Source: Clostridia bacterium (lineage in GTDB: Bacteria; Bacillota; Clostridia; Christensenellales; CAG-917). Taken from it: a stretch of 64,000 nt of DNA. Numbering within the stretch: the stretch's first letter is position 1; each line of letters starts with the position of its first letter. The notes under the pieces were generated by a model. That model saw nothing but the letters and a program-made list of their open reading frames with translations, made no database searches and was not told the origin of the DNA. Location of the stretch: NCBI GenBank assembly GCA_028710495.1, contig JAQUST010000004.1, forward strand, positions 1,613 to 65,612. Direction: 5' to 3'. The position numbers and the translations under genes are program-made. Shown here piece by piece: positions 27,820 through 37,505 of the stretch.

Positions 27820-30018
27820 ATGAATAGATTTTTCAAGCTTAGTATTTTGGTTGTCATCATCGTGGTTGTTGCAGTGTTTGGATTATCCGCCTGCAACACC
27901 GCCGATACAAAAGTTGGCGTTGAGCTTTTACTCAACGGAAACTTTGAACAATGGACAACTACATCCTCATCATCAACATCAGGAAAATTCGATAATTGGA
28001 CAAAAGGTACTCTCGGCGATGTCGAGAGTTATACCGTACAAAGAATGTCGCATGTTTCAACCGACTCAACAAAGCCGGATGATGCAGGTGATTATGCTTT
28101 GGTTGTCACAAATTCGTCTGCAAGCGCAAGCTATATGAGCCAAAGTGTCAGAGTTGATAAAAACGCTACATATCACATTCGGTATTTTGTGAAAATGACA
28201 ACTCCAGTTACTGTTGGCGCAGACGATTATGCAGTTGGCCCGCACCTTTCTTTCCTTGAAAATACCGACTATGTCATTGAAGAAGTTACTACTGTTGGTC
28301 AATGGGTAGAGGTCAATGCTTATGTTGTTCCGCGCAATACTGATTATTTGACTGTGTGTCTTATGGTCGGAGCTGAAGGTCGCAGCGCAACAGGAACAGC
28401 ATATTTTGACAGCGTTTCAATGACAAAAGTTGACAGCGTTCCGACAGGCACTACAATTGTGGAAATATTCCGTGATAGAGTCGCAAGATACAATATCAAT
28501 GTGGCGGGCACACTGTTTGTTACTTTGATTGCTGTTTTCTCTGTTTTGATTTCAATTTGTGCATATATCCTCATAAGAAGAACTTATCGTGGCAAACGCG
28601 CATTCTTAAACATAGATGAACTTATTGCAAAGAAAACTGATGATGAACCAAAAAATCTAAAAATCAAACGCATTCTAACGCACCCTGCAGCTATTGCTTG
28701 TTATTTGGGTCTTGGAACTTTGCTTGTCCGCTTGATATTTGTTTTTTCGATGTATGGATTTGGAAGCGAAATAACGAACCAAATCACAGTTTCTAGCACA
28801 GTATTTTCAAAAGGAATTTTGCAAGCGTATGCAAGCCTAAGCGGCGCAAATGCTTTGATGTCGCCGGGTGAGCTGTATATATTGTATATTATTGGTGCAA
28901 TGGGCAAAGATTTGAGCTTGTTTGACAACTCAATTCTTATTAGAATGGTTTCAGTTTTAGCTGATATTGCAGTTGTTTTGACAATATATTTCTATGGCAA
29001 ACACTATGTTGGAAACAAGCTTTCAACTATATATGCAGGACTTTATGCATTGCTTCCAATCGCATTTGTTCTTTCAGGACTTCGCGGATCTTTCACTTCA
29101 GTGCTCATTGCACTGGTATTGCTAAGCATCATATTGATGATTGAGAAGAAATATGTTCCTATGTATGCGCTTATTGTTTTGGCAGTATTGCTTGACATAA
29201 GAGCAATGGCAGTTGTTCCGCTTATGCTATTCTATCTGGGTTATTGTTACTATCGTGCTGAAAAAACGATGCAGAAATTTAGCAAATCCCGTGCTTTAAT
29301 ATTATTCGGTTTTATTTTGAGTCTTGCCGTTTTCTATTGTTTGACAATCCCGTTCGCATACAATTATATGCAGACAGGAGAGCCTTTCTTCATTCTCGCG
29401 AAATACAAGAGTATGGTTGCTTCAACAACTGCGTTTGTTGACAATGCATTCAATCTTTACGGAATGGTTGGCATGAACCAAAAGACAGTAAATAGCACAG
29501 CTTCTATTTTCAATCTCATATTTATACTTGTTCTTATCATCTATGTGATATCACTTTATGTTAAAAACAAAAATAAGCTTGAGTTGTTGTTGCTTGCTTC
29601 ATTCACTTTTGCAGTGATTGCGGTCTTTACGCTCAAAGTCACCGAAACTTATTTGATACTTTCACTTGCGCTTATGTTGGTCTACATTATGATTGCAGGC
29701 GAAAAGAGAATGTATATTGTGTTCTCTATGTATTCTGTGCTTGCTTTCCTTGTATTAGCTCAGCTGATGAATCAATCGGGATTTGTGACAACATACAGCA
29801 ACACAGTTATGAGTGATTATGAAAGTACAGGAGTGTTTTATATTTTGTTTTCTGTTGTCACAGTTCTAACTACATTATATTATGGCTACGTGACTTACTC
29901 AATTTGCAACAACAGCAAAACTGTTGATATTCTTCCTATGAATAAGCCTTTCATTTCGACAGTGAAAGATTGGGCAAATAAGAAAACAGTTGCAATTAGA
30001 GCAAAAAATACGAAATAG
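27820..30018 (+). CDS. Large membrane protein: lipobox signal, CBM-like beta-sandwich, polytopic (GT-C-like?) domain
   Basis: 732 aa. Signal/lipobox ...VFGLSAC (Cys25, nt 27892-27894). Residues about 33-205 run from LLLNGNFEQW to GTAYFDSVSMTKV, resembling CBM4/9-type galactose-binding-like modules. At least 10 hydrophobic helices follow. AAGGAAG SD. Confidence 0.6.
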   Translation: MNRFFKLSILVVIIVVVAVFGLSACNTADTKVGVELLLNGNFEQWTTTSSSSTSGKFDNWTKGTLGDVESYTVQRMSHVSTDSTKPDDAGDYALVVTNSSASASYMSQSVRVDKNATYHIRYFVKMTTPVTVGADDYAVGPHLSFLENTDYVIEEVTTVGQWVEVNAYVVPRNTDYLTVCLMVGAEGRSATGTAYFDSVSMTKVDSVPTGTTIVEIFRDRVARYNINVAGTLFVTLIAVFSVLISICAYILIRRTYRGKRAFLNIDELIAKKTDDEPKNLKIKRILTHPAAIACYLGLGTLLVRLIFVFSMYGFGSEITNQITVSSTVFSKGILQAYASLSGANALMSPGELYILYIIGAMGKDLSLFDNSILIRMVSVLADIAVVLTIYFYGKHYVGNKLSTIYAGLYALLPIAFVLSGLRGSFTSVLIALVLLSIILMIEKKYVPMYALIVLAVLLDIRAMAVVPLMLFYLGYCYYRAEKTMQKFSKSRALILFGFILSLAVFYCLTIPFAYNYMQTGEPFFILAKYKSMVASTTAFVDNAFNLYGMVGMNQKTVNSTASIFNLIFILVLIIYVISLYVKNKNKLELLLLASFTFAVIAVFTLKVTETYLILSLALMLVYIMIAGEKRMYIVFSMYSVLAFLVLAQLMNQSGFVTTYSNTVMSDYESTGVFYILFSVVTVLTTLYYGYVTYSICNNSKTVDILPMNKPFISTVKDWANKKTVAIRAKNTK

Positions 30019-30150
30019 TTTGTTAAATTCGAAACAAATTGATAGTCTAGTAAAATTAAATTATTGAATTTTTAAATCTGAATTTATTAGTTTATAAATC
30101 TAGTACCAATGATGTTTTGGTAAATTATAAATATATAATTCAATATGATA

Positions 30151-30185
30151 AAAGGCACTCAAGCTGAGTGCCTTTTGTTTTTTTT
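30151..30185. terminator. Bidirectional terminator between convergent genes
   Basis: GGCACTCA (30154-30161) pairs with TGAGTGCC (30165-30172), flanked by AAAA upstream and TTTTGTTTTTTTT downstream. Confidence 0.8.
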
Positions 30186-30260
30186 GATTTGTTAATAAAC
30201 TTTTAATTTTGAACTGATTTATTAAAAAAAATATAATTGATAATTGATTTTGATAAGTAA

Positions 30261-30977
30261 CTATTTTAATTCAAAATCAGGTTCTAATAATTCAAAAATA
30301 ATATTGTTAGCTTTGATATCTTTAGCTTTTTGTAAGCGCTCTGGGGTGTTGATTGTCCAAACTAAAAGCGGAAGACTCTTTCTCCACTTTGCAACATATT
30401 TATTTTCAGCCTGTCTAATATCGTATGCAATAAATGCGGGTTTAGAAATCTTTGCAAAATATAGCTTTCCTAGGGGAGCAAATGATTTGTTTTCGTATGT
30501 AGCTAATTGACCAACAACAAAATTGGAATGAAGTCTACAATATTTCATACTCCACGGATTAAATGACTGAAGCGCAAAATCTCCTTTGTAAGTCTTGAGT
30601 CTTTCAATAACAGCCTTTTCTAAACCGTGATAAAACGGATTGACATTTTTCAGCTCAATAAGCAATCCAACTTTTCCATCCACAAGTTCCAAAAGTTCAT
30701 CAAAAAGTGGAATAGAGTTGTCAGTTCCGCTAAGATGATATTGTATAAGCTCTTCATATGTGAGGTCTTCAAGCTTTATGTCTTTGTCAATCTTGCAAAC
30801 TCGCTTAAGATTGCTGTCGTGGAAAACAACAATTTTTCCATCAGATGTGAGATGCAAATCCATTTCAATATTGTAGCCCTTTTCAATCGCCGCGGCAAAT
30901 GCGGGCATTGAATTTTCGGGCAATTTGTCATTATGAAGTCCTCTGTGCGCGATAGGTTTTTTGAACAGCCATTCCAT
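30261..30977 (-). CDS. Glycerophosphodiester phosphodiesterase family protein
   Basis: 238 aa. GDPD signature IAHRGLH...PENSMPAF...IEMDLHLTSDGKIVVFHD. AAGGAG SD. Confidence 0.85.
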   Translation of the reverse strand: MEWLFKKPIAHRGLHNDKLPENSMPAFAAAIEKGYNIEMDLHLTSDGKIVVFHDSNLKRVCKIDKDIKLEDLTYEELIQYHLSGTDNSIPLFDELLELVDGKVGLLIELKNVNPFYHGLEKAVIERLKTYKGDFALQSFNPWSMKYCRLHSNFVVGQLATYENKSFAPLGKLYFAKISKPAFIAYDIRQAENKYVAKWRKSLPLLVWTINTPERLQKAKDIKANNIIFELLEPDFELK

Positions 30978-31164
30978 AATTTTCTCCTTTTATAAAGCCA
31001 CATAAGTGGTAAGTATCAAATATAAATAACAATAATGGTAGATGAAGTAATAGGTTACTGTTTTTAGAAATCTGCCATTCTATCAAGTAATATTAAACTT
31101 ATTTGTTTCTTAATTTCTATATTTTGATTTGAATTTTCAACAATTATTTATTGAAAATCGAATA

Positions 31165-31770
31165 TCAATATCCAAGTTTTTGGTCAATAATAATAACAAA
31201 AGCATTTTGTTTTGTTGTCGGATGATGATGAATTACTGTTGCCTTGCATATTGTTTTGTCAATTTCGCAATTTGAGCAGTCCTCACCGCGAGTGCACGGA
31301 TTGTCGCGTCCAAATCTTTGGCAGTTGAGTGGTGCAGCAACGGTTCGTATGCGCTCAAATGCGGAATTAAGGTCTTTGCATACTTTGTTTACGCCAACAA
31401 TAAAAAGTACATTCTTTGCGCCGTAGATAGTTGATGCAACACGGTTCCCTGTTCCGTCAGTATTGACAATTTCGCCATCTTGCGTCATTGCGTTGGCACT
31501 GCATAAATACCAATCAGCTTGAAAACCATCACGGATAATTCTTTCGGTTGTTTCTCCATCACTCAAAAAACTGCGGTGAAACAATTTGTTTCCTCGCTCC
31601 ATAAGCATTTGTGCTAAACCTATTTCCATAACCGTTTGAGAACCGCCGAACGCAACCGTGTCAGTAGTTTTGATTAAATTTTGAATTTTATCAAGAGCCT
31701 TATCGGCATTTTTAAAATAAAATGCTTTAAAGCCCCGACGATTTAAGTTGTTTATCAATTCGTTTTGCAT
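31165..31770 (-). CDS. LUD-domain (YkgG/LutC-like) protein with a C-terminal Cys cluster
   Basis: 201 aa. VAFGGSQT ... ANAMTQDGEIVNTDGTGNR pattern typical of LUD/DUF162 proteins. CQRF..C..GEDCSNC cluster. Confidence 0.6.
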   Translation of the reverse strand: MQNELINNLNRRGFKAFYFKNADKALDKIQNLIKTTDTVAFGGSQTVMEIGLAQMLMERGNKLFHRSFLSDGETTERIIRDGFQADWYLCSANAMTQDGEIVNTDGTGNRVASTIYGAKNVLFIVGVNKVCKDLNSAFERIRTVAAPLNCQRFGRDNPCTRGEDCSNCEIDKTICKATVIHHHPTTKQNAFVIIIDQKLGY

Positions 31771-31880
31771 AATAACCTTATGAATATGTATTATTCGTTT
31801 GCTAAAATTATAGTTATTTATTATAATAAAGTCAATAGCAACTAAAAATTTAGCTTACTCTTTTTATATACACACCCGAG

Positions 31881-33689
31881 GTGCAAGTGAAATCCGAATT
31901 TATCAGAAACTTTTCTATAGTAGCGCATATTGACCATGGCAAAAGTACGCTTGCCGACCGTCTTATACAAAATACGGGCACAGTTTCCGTGCGTGATATG
32001 GAAGAACAGCTTTTGGACAATATGGATATTGAAAGAGAGCGTGGAATAACAATCAAATTGCAGACTTGCAGGATGATTTATAACTTCAAAGGGCAGGATT
32101 ATATATTAAATCTTATTGACACTCCCGGACACGTTGATTTTACTTATGAAGTATCTCGTTCTCTCGCGGCTTGTGAAGGCGCTCTGCTGATTGTGGATGC
32201 GACTCAAGGCGTTGAGGCGCAAACGCTCACCAACGTTTATCTTGCGCTTGACCATAACTTGGAAATTGTGCCTGTAATAAACAAAATTGATTTAGCTTCT
32301 GCAGACATAGAAGGCGTGAAAAAAGAAATTGAAGATGTTATTGGTCTTGACACATCCGAAGCGCCGCTAATTTCTGCTAAAGAAGGAATAGGAATTGATG
32401 ATGTTTTTGAAGCCATTATCACTAAACTTCCCGCTCCAAAAGGTAATAGAGAAGCTCCTCTTAAAGCACTTATTTTTGATAGTTTTTATGATAGCTATAA
32501 GGGCGCAATATCAATGATTCGTGTTGTTGAGGGAACGGTCAAAGTCGGCGATCACATAAAAATGTATACTCACGATAAAGTTTTTGAAGTGGTTGAAGTA
32601 GGATATTTCACTCCCAAAATGAAACCTGCAACGATTTTAGAAGCAGGAGAAGTCGGATATGTTGCCGCATCAATAAAAAATGTTGGCGATACCGCTGTCG
32701 GTGACACGATAACTAATGCAGACTATCCCGCAAAAGAGCCTTTGCCTGGCTACAAAAAAGCACAACCAATGGTTTATGCGGGCGTATTTCCATCAGACGG
32801 AGCAAGATACAATGACTTGAAAGAGGCATTGTGTAAACTCAATTTGAATGACGCTTCGCTTTCATTTGAAGTTGAATCCTCACTTGCTCTTGGATTTGGT
32901 TTTCGATGCGGATTTTTAGGCTTGCTTCATATGGAAATAATTGAGGAAAGGTTGGAACGAGAATTTGACCTTGATTTAGTTACAACTTCACCAAGCGTTT
33001 CATATCGAGTCACGAAAAATAATGGTGAAGTGATACCTGTTGACAATCCAATGAATTTGCCTGACCCGTCAAATATTGATTTTATTGAAGAACCAATTGT
33101 TAAAGCGTCCATTTACACTCCGCCAGAATATGTCGGAACTATTATGGAACTTTGTCAGGAAAAACGCGGAATATATATTGATTTGACTTATCTTGATAAA
33201 ACACGCGTGCAGTTGATTTATGAAATGCCGCTCAACGAAATTATTTATGATTTTTTTGATGCATTAAAATCAAAAACCCGTGGATATGCAAGTCTTGACT
33301 ATGAGATAAAGGGCTATCAAAGAAGTGACCTTGTACGGCTCGATATTCTCATAAATGGCGATGCGTGTGATGCTTTATCGCTTATTGTGCACAGAGAAAA
33401 AGCATACGCAAGAGGTCGCAGAATGGCTGAGAAGCTCAAAGACGTTATTCCAAGGCAAATGTTTGAAGTGCCAATTCAGGCGGCAATAGGCGGCAAAATA
33501 ATCGCTCGTGAAACGGTCAAGGCAATGCGCAAGGATGTTCTTGCAAAATGCTATGGCGGCGACATCACAAGAAAGAAGAAATTGTTGGAAAAACAAAAAG
33601 AAGGTAAGAAGCGTATGCGTAGAGTCGGAAGCGTTGAAGTGCCTAGTGAAGCTTTTGCCACAATTCTTAAGTTTGACAGCGATAAATAA
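31881..33689 (+). CDS. lepA: Elongation factor 4 (LepA)
   Basis: [28 protein letters not shown] and NKIDL motifs, plus the LepA-specific C-terminus. The start is GTG 31881 or GTG 31887 (GAGG at 31878-31881). Confidence 0.95.
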   Translation: MQVKSEFIRNFSIVAHIDHGKSTLADRLIQNTGTVSVRDMEEQLLDNMDIERERGITIKLQTCRMIYNFKGQDYILNLIDTPGHVDFTYEVSRSLAACEGALLIVDATQGVEAQTLTNVYLALDHNLEIVPVINKIDLASADIEGVKKEIEDVIGLDTSEAPLISAKEGIGIDDVFEAIITKLPAPKGNREAPLKALIFDSFYDSYKGAISMIRVVEGTVKVGDHIKMYTHDKVFEVVEVGYFTPKMKPATILEAGEVGYVAASIKNVGDTAVGDTITNADYPAKEPLPGYKKAQPMVYAGVFPSDGARYNDLKEALCKLNLNDASLSFEVESSLALGFGFRCGFLGLLHMEIIEERLEREFDLDLVTTSPSVSYRVTKNNGEVIPVDNPMNLPDPSNIDFIEEPIVKASIYTPPEYVGTIMELCQEKRGIYIDLTYLDKTRVQLIYEMPLNEIIYDFFDALKSKTRGYASLDYEIKGYQRSDLVRLDILINGDACDALSLIVHREKAYARGRRMAEKLKDVIPRQMFEVPIQAAIGGKIIARETVKAMRKDVLAKCYGGDITRKKKLLEKQKEGKKRMRRVGSVEVPSEAFATILKFDSDK

Positions 33690-33702
33690 TATTATAAATT
33701 TT

Positions 33703-33724
33703 AACGGCACTTTAGTGCCGTTTT
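33703..33724 (+). terminator. Weak hairpin between lepA and hemW
   Basis: AACGGCAC (33703-33710) pairs with GTGCCGTT (33715-33722) around loop TTTA, but only a short T-run follows. Confidence 0.4.
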
Positions 33725-33736
33725 CAATAGGTAAAA

Positions 33737-34837
33737 ATGCAAATATACGTTCATATCCCATTTTGTAAGAGAAAGTGTAACTACTGCGACTTTTGTTCGC
33801 AGACTTTGGGCGTTGAGCGTGAATATATTGATGCACTTATTGAAGAAATTAAAATTCAAGGTCAAAAATATGGTGACAAGGTTGTTGATACGATATATTT
33901 CGGTGGAGGAACACCATCTGTTTTGCAAGAAGGGATGTTGAAAGCGATTGTGAATGCACTTGAGCTTAATTTCAATTTGCAGACAATTGAAAGAAGCATT
34001 GAAGGAAATCCTGAAAGTCTTACAATAAATAAACTGAAAGAATACCGTGCATGTGGTTTTGACCGCGTGAGCATGGGGGTTCAAAGCCTTGATGACAATG
34101 TTCTGATAAAAGCTGGGAGACTTCATAATAGCAAAACAGCGATTGAAGCCATCAATAATGCGATGGAAATTTTTGATAATGTGAGTGTTGATATGATGAT
34201 AGGTTTGCCTGAACAAACGATGCAAAGTGCAGTTGATACAGCGCAAAAACTCGTTGTAACAGGTATCAAACATATTTCTTGTTATGCTCTTATCTTGGAA
34301 GATGGCACACCTTTGTCTAAAAGTGTAAATGACGGTGTAGTGAAGTTGCCAAATGAAGATGATTGCGCGGATACATTTGACGAAGTGATGAAAATCTTAT
34401 CAAGTGCTGGTTTTTTACGCTACGAAGTTTCGAACTTTGCAAAATGCGGATTTGAGTGCCGTCACAATCTTGGTTATTGGCACAGAAGCGAATATTTGGG
34501 GCTTGGTGCAGCAGCGCATTCTCTTATTGACAATACTCGTTTTTGTAATGTTTCAAATGTGAATAAATACATTGAAAGTATAAATGTTTTGCAAATAAAA
34601 AATAATAATTTTCAAATTATAAAAAATGAATTGACAAACGACGAAATAAGTTTTGAGAAAATTATGTTGGGCTTGAGAATGACCGAGGGCATTCCAAAAA
34701 GTTATTTCAGTGGTTTTGAAAAACAACTTGAAACTTATTCAGAATATTTTGTGACAAACTCTAACGGGAATATAGCTTTAACTAAACGTGGTTATGAAAT
34801 TATGAACACTATTTTGTGTGATTTCATCAAGGAATAG
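33737..34837 (+). CDS. hemW: Radical SAM heme chaperone HemW (coproporphyrinogen III oxidase-like)
   Basis: MQIYVHIPFCKRKCNYCDF (CxxxCxxC) and GGGTPS motifs. Conserved position downstream of lepA. Confidence 0.87.
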   Translation: MQIYVHIPFCKRKCNYCDFCSQTLGVEREYIDALIEEIKIQGQKYGDKVVDTIYFGGGTPSVLQEGMLKAIVNALELNFNLQTIERSIEGNPESLTINKLKEYRACGFDRVSMGVQSLDDNVLIKAGRLHNSKTAIEAINNAMEIFDNVSVDMMIGLPEQTMQSAVDTAQKLVVTGIKHISCYALILEDGTPLSKSVNDGVVKLPNEDDCADTFDEVMKILSSAGFLRYEVSNFAKCGFECRHNLGYWHRSEYLGLGAAAHSLIDNTRFCNVSNVNKYIESINVLQIKNNNFQIIKNELTNDEISFEKIMLGLRMTEGIPKSYFSGFEKQLETYSEYFVTNSNGNIALTKRGYEIMNTILCDFIKE

Positions 34838-34912
34838 TAGGCACAAATTAAGTTAAATAGTATTATTTATTTACAATTTATTATAAAACAGTCGCGCTTT
34901 ATTCAATATTTA

Positions 34913-34950
34913 ACAAAAAAAAGAGAACCTATTCGGTTCTCTTTTAATTT
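34913..34950. terminator. Bidirectional terminator between hemW and the membrane-protein pair
   Basis: AAGAGAACC (34921-34929) pairs with GGTTCTCTT (34935-34943), flanked by A8 upstream and TTTTAATTTTGTTTTT downstream. Confidence 0.8.
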
Positions 34951-34961
34951 TGTTTTTGGAC

Positions 34962-36326
34962 TTATTCAGCTAATGCAACAACTTCTTGTTCAGTTGTTTC
35001 ATCGAGTATAAGTTCATTTGGATTTTCTTCATCGACTATCGAGTCGCCTTCGTCAGATACTTTCTTAAATTTAATGCGGATTGCACCACGAATAAGTGTC
35101 AAGACGGCAATGCCGCCAGCGAATATATAGAACCATATACGCATACTAAAAATTGAAATGATACCGAGCAATGAAACTGAATCCAACCAAGCCATACTCA
35201 TATAATCAAGTGCTCCGCGTCTTGCGTTGCTGGTGACTGGGTTTGCAGGATCAATATCAAAAACTGTCAATATCATATCTTGAGCGAGAAAGTCTTCTGG
35301 AACTGCACCAAGCATATCCATAATCGTCCATCTGAAAAGAAATTCATCTTCCGGGTCAAGTCCAGCTGCTTCTAAAACATCAGCATCCTGTTCGATAGTA
35401 TTTGTGTCAATACCAGTATTTTTTTCGCCTGTTGCAGGATTTTTTGTTGTTCTGATTTGGCTGTCTGAAACATAAGAGAAAAGGACATCATTAAGCAGGT
35501 TGGTTGACGCCATAACAAAATCCATATTTTCCATTGCGCATTCAATGAGGAGTGGATTGAAGGCAGCATAGGCAGCATCAATTGAGTTGAAAACATTTTT
35601 TATAAGAGCAGTGACTTCTGCGTTATCCAATGCTTCAGCTTTGTATGCTGCGACTACATCGGACTGCTTTGTAGAAATTGCTGCGAATGTTGAATGATCC
35701 CAAGCTGAAACCAGTGAAACTGTATCGGGATACATATATGTTCCGCCACGAAATTCTTTTGAAAGTGAATCAAATGTTGCTTTGTATTCTTCGGCAGTCA
35801 TACTTGACAATGTCTCATTTGCAACTGCTTTGTCAATTTCAGCATAAGCTTTTTTTGTCAAAAATCCGTTTTCGACGTTCAGTTCAATAAAAGTGTCAAC
35901 GAGATTTCTTTGAACTTGATTTTGTACGGCATAGTTTGCGACTATGTCTTCATAATTCACAGTTCCTTGTGTTGCATCACTCAAAACTGCGGGTAGTGCA
36001 AAATCGAAAACAACCATAAGTCCGCACAAACAAGCTACAACGGCTATAGACATTTTCATTGTTTGTTTCTTGAAATTTGAACGGTGTTTTCTGCCCTCTT
36101 TGAATGTGCGCTTTGAGCTTGTACGGAAACAAATTTCGACTATACCGCAAATGAGCATCATTGCGCCTGCAAGAATAACTGGAATATATGCCATTACACC
36201 ATATATATTTTGAGCAATGAAGTCCATACTCGCAAGATATCCAAGTGCAACAAGTGCAGGGAAACCAATTAGATAGAGAACAACATCCGCAACTATAAGC
36301 AACGCTTTTTTTGTTTTTGAATTCAT
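34962..36326 (-). CDS. Hypothetical membrane protein, paralog B (3 N-terminal TM, large exposed domain, C-terminal TM, acidic tail)
   Basis: 454 aa. Shares YLIGFPAL, VEI, FDFALPAVLSDATQG and a C-terminal WFYIFAGGIAVLTLI with the upstream gene. No family recognised. Confidence 0.65.
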   Translation of the reverse strand: MNSKTKKALLIVADVVLYLIGFPALVALGYLASMDFIAQNIYGVMAYIPVILAGAMMLICGIVEICFRTSSKRTFKEGRKHRSNFKKQTMKMSIAVVACLCGLMVVFDFALPAVLSDATQGTVNYEDIVANYAVQNQVQRNLVDTFIELNVENGFLTKKAYAEIDKAVANETLSSMTAEEYKATFDSLSKEFRGGTYMYPDTVSLVSAWDHSTFAAISTKQSDVVAAYKAEALDNAEVTALIKNVFNSIDAAYAAFNPLLIECAMENMDFVMASTNLLNDVLFSYVSDSQIRTTKNPATGEKNTGIDTNTIEQDADVLEAAGLDPEDEFLFRWTIMDMLGAVPEDFLAQDMILTVFDIDPANPVTSNARRGALDYMSMAWLDSVSLLGIISIFSMRIWFYIFAGGIAVLTLIRGAIRIKFKKVSDEGDSIVDEENPNELILDETTEQEVVALAE

Positions 36327-36329
36327 AGT

Positions 36330-37364
36330 TTAGTCCTCCTTTCCTTCAGCTATTGCTCTGAGTTTTTCATTGCAATATCCGACTAGAATTGTTGAGAGTG
36401 CAACTAGACCGATAAAGATGTAGATGTAGTTTCTTGCAACAAACAGCGGGTAGATTTGAGCTTTTGTAGCTAGCTCGGTTTTGAGAATATAGAGGTCACT
36501 CAAACTCATATGTGAAGTGCTTGTTGTCTCACCGATAGCAATTTGATAAATATTGTAAGTCGCGGGAATCGAGGTATCAAGACCGACTTCCGAATTGCCG
36601 TTCGCAACATAAGCTCTATGATATGAGACAACTGCCTTTTGCAGATATTCTATTTCAGCGTTTAATTTGTTTTCGACACCGAGAAGATGACCGTCTGTTG
36701 TTGGAGTGCCATCAGTAGCGAAACCAGTGTAGTTGTCGAAATAAAAATCTTCATAGTTGTACCATTTGTTGATACCGTAGAAATCCATAAAGTCATCGGC
36801 ACTGTCTAAAAACTTGCGATATAGAGCTTTGTCGACACGCACTTTGTTTGTGACATTCGTGTACTTGCCAAGCTGATAATTGAATGTTTCTAAATCAGAG
36901 CCATTAAGTAATTGATAACTTACATCTGCAAACTCGGTTGGAATTATCACGGCATCGGTTGTGTCGGCTGATACAACAGTTGCAACACCTTCGTTTACAA
37001 TGTATGCGAGCTCAAAATTGGCGCCCTGCGTTGCAGAGGCATCTATTTTTGGACCGACAAGTTCGTCAAAAAGAATTACCGGCGCTACCATAATAATAAG
37101 ACCTACAACTGCGACAATAATCGTTTGTGCCATTTGATTCTTTTTGCAAGCGAATTTCATAATAAGTCGCACTATTTCAACTACTGCCCACATAATAAAA
37201 ATAACTAAAAGACCATTTGCACACGAAGCCTTAAAAACAGGTTCTCCGAAGAATGGCATAGTTCCAATTGCGGTGAGTAGGAGAAGAAGTGGAAAACCTA
37301 TACAATAAAAAACGGTGCGAAGAACTTTTAGGACTTTGGTTTTCTTCATAATTTTACTCCTCAA
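36330..37364 (-). CDS. Hypothetical membrane protein, paralog A
   Basis: 344 aa. YCIGFPLL, VEI, FDELVGPKIDASATQG and a C-terminal YIYIFIGLVALSTIL. GAGGAG SD. Separated from paralog B by 3 nt. Confidence 0.65.
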   Translation of the reverse strand: MRSKIMKKTKVLKVLRTVFYCIGFPLLLLLTAIGTMPFFGEPVFKASCANGLLVIFIMWAVVEIVRLIMKFACKKNQMAQTIIVAVVGLIIMVAPVILFDELVGPKIDASATQGANFELAYIVNEGVATVVSADTTDAVIIPTEFADVSYQLLNGSDLETFNYQLGKYTNVTNKVRVDKALYRKFLDSADDFMDFYGINKWYNYEDFYFDNYTGFATDGTPTTDGHLLGVENKLNAEIEYLQKAVVSYHRAYVANGNSEVGLDTSIPATYNIYQIAIGETTSTSHMSLSDLYILKTELATKAQIYPLFVARNYIYIFIGLVALSTILVGYCNEKLRAIAEGKED

Positions 37365-37389
37365 TATATTTTGTTACAATATGTTATTT

Positions 37390-37418
37390 ATTATAGTGTA
37401 TATACTATGCACTGTCAA
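37390..37418 (-). promoter_or_regulatory. Perfect consensus sigma-A promoter for the membrane-protein pair
   Basis: On the minus strand: TTGACA (37418-37413), 17 nt, TATAAT (37395-37390). It is preceded by a T10 tract (plus-strand A10 at 37420-37429). Confidence 0.7.
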
Positions 37419-37449
37419 GAAAAAAAAAATTTCAAAGTGGTCAAAAACA

Positions 37450-37478
37450 TTGTTATTTTTATGTGACAATGATATAAT
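37450..37478 (+). promoter_or_regulatory. Extended -10 promoter for prs
   Basis: TTGTTA (37450-37455), 17 nt, TATAAT (37473-37478), with TG at 37470-37471. Confidence 0.6.
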
Positions 37479-37505
37479 ACAAATAAGCTTTGCGGAGGAT
37501 TACCA

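Noticed and set aside
33701-34273. A 190-aa minus-strand ORF, and similar long antisense ORFs (for example 60658-61095, 54613-55023, 33375-33836, 14144-14491).
   Set aside because: They lie entirely antisense to well-supported conserved genes (hemW, yloV, fmt, lepA, plsX). They have no SD and low-complexity or odd composition. They are shadow ORFs.
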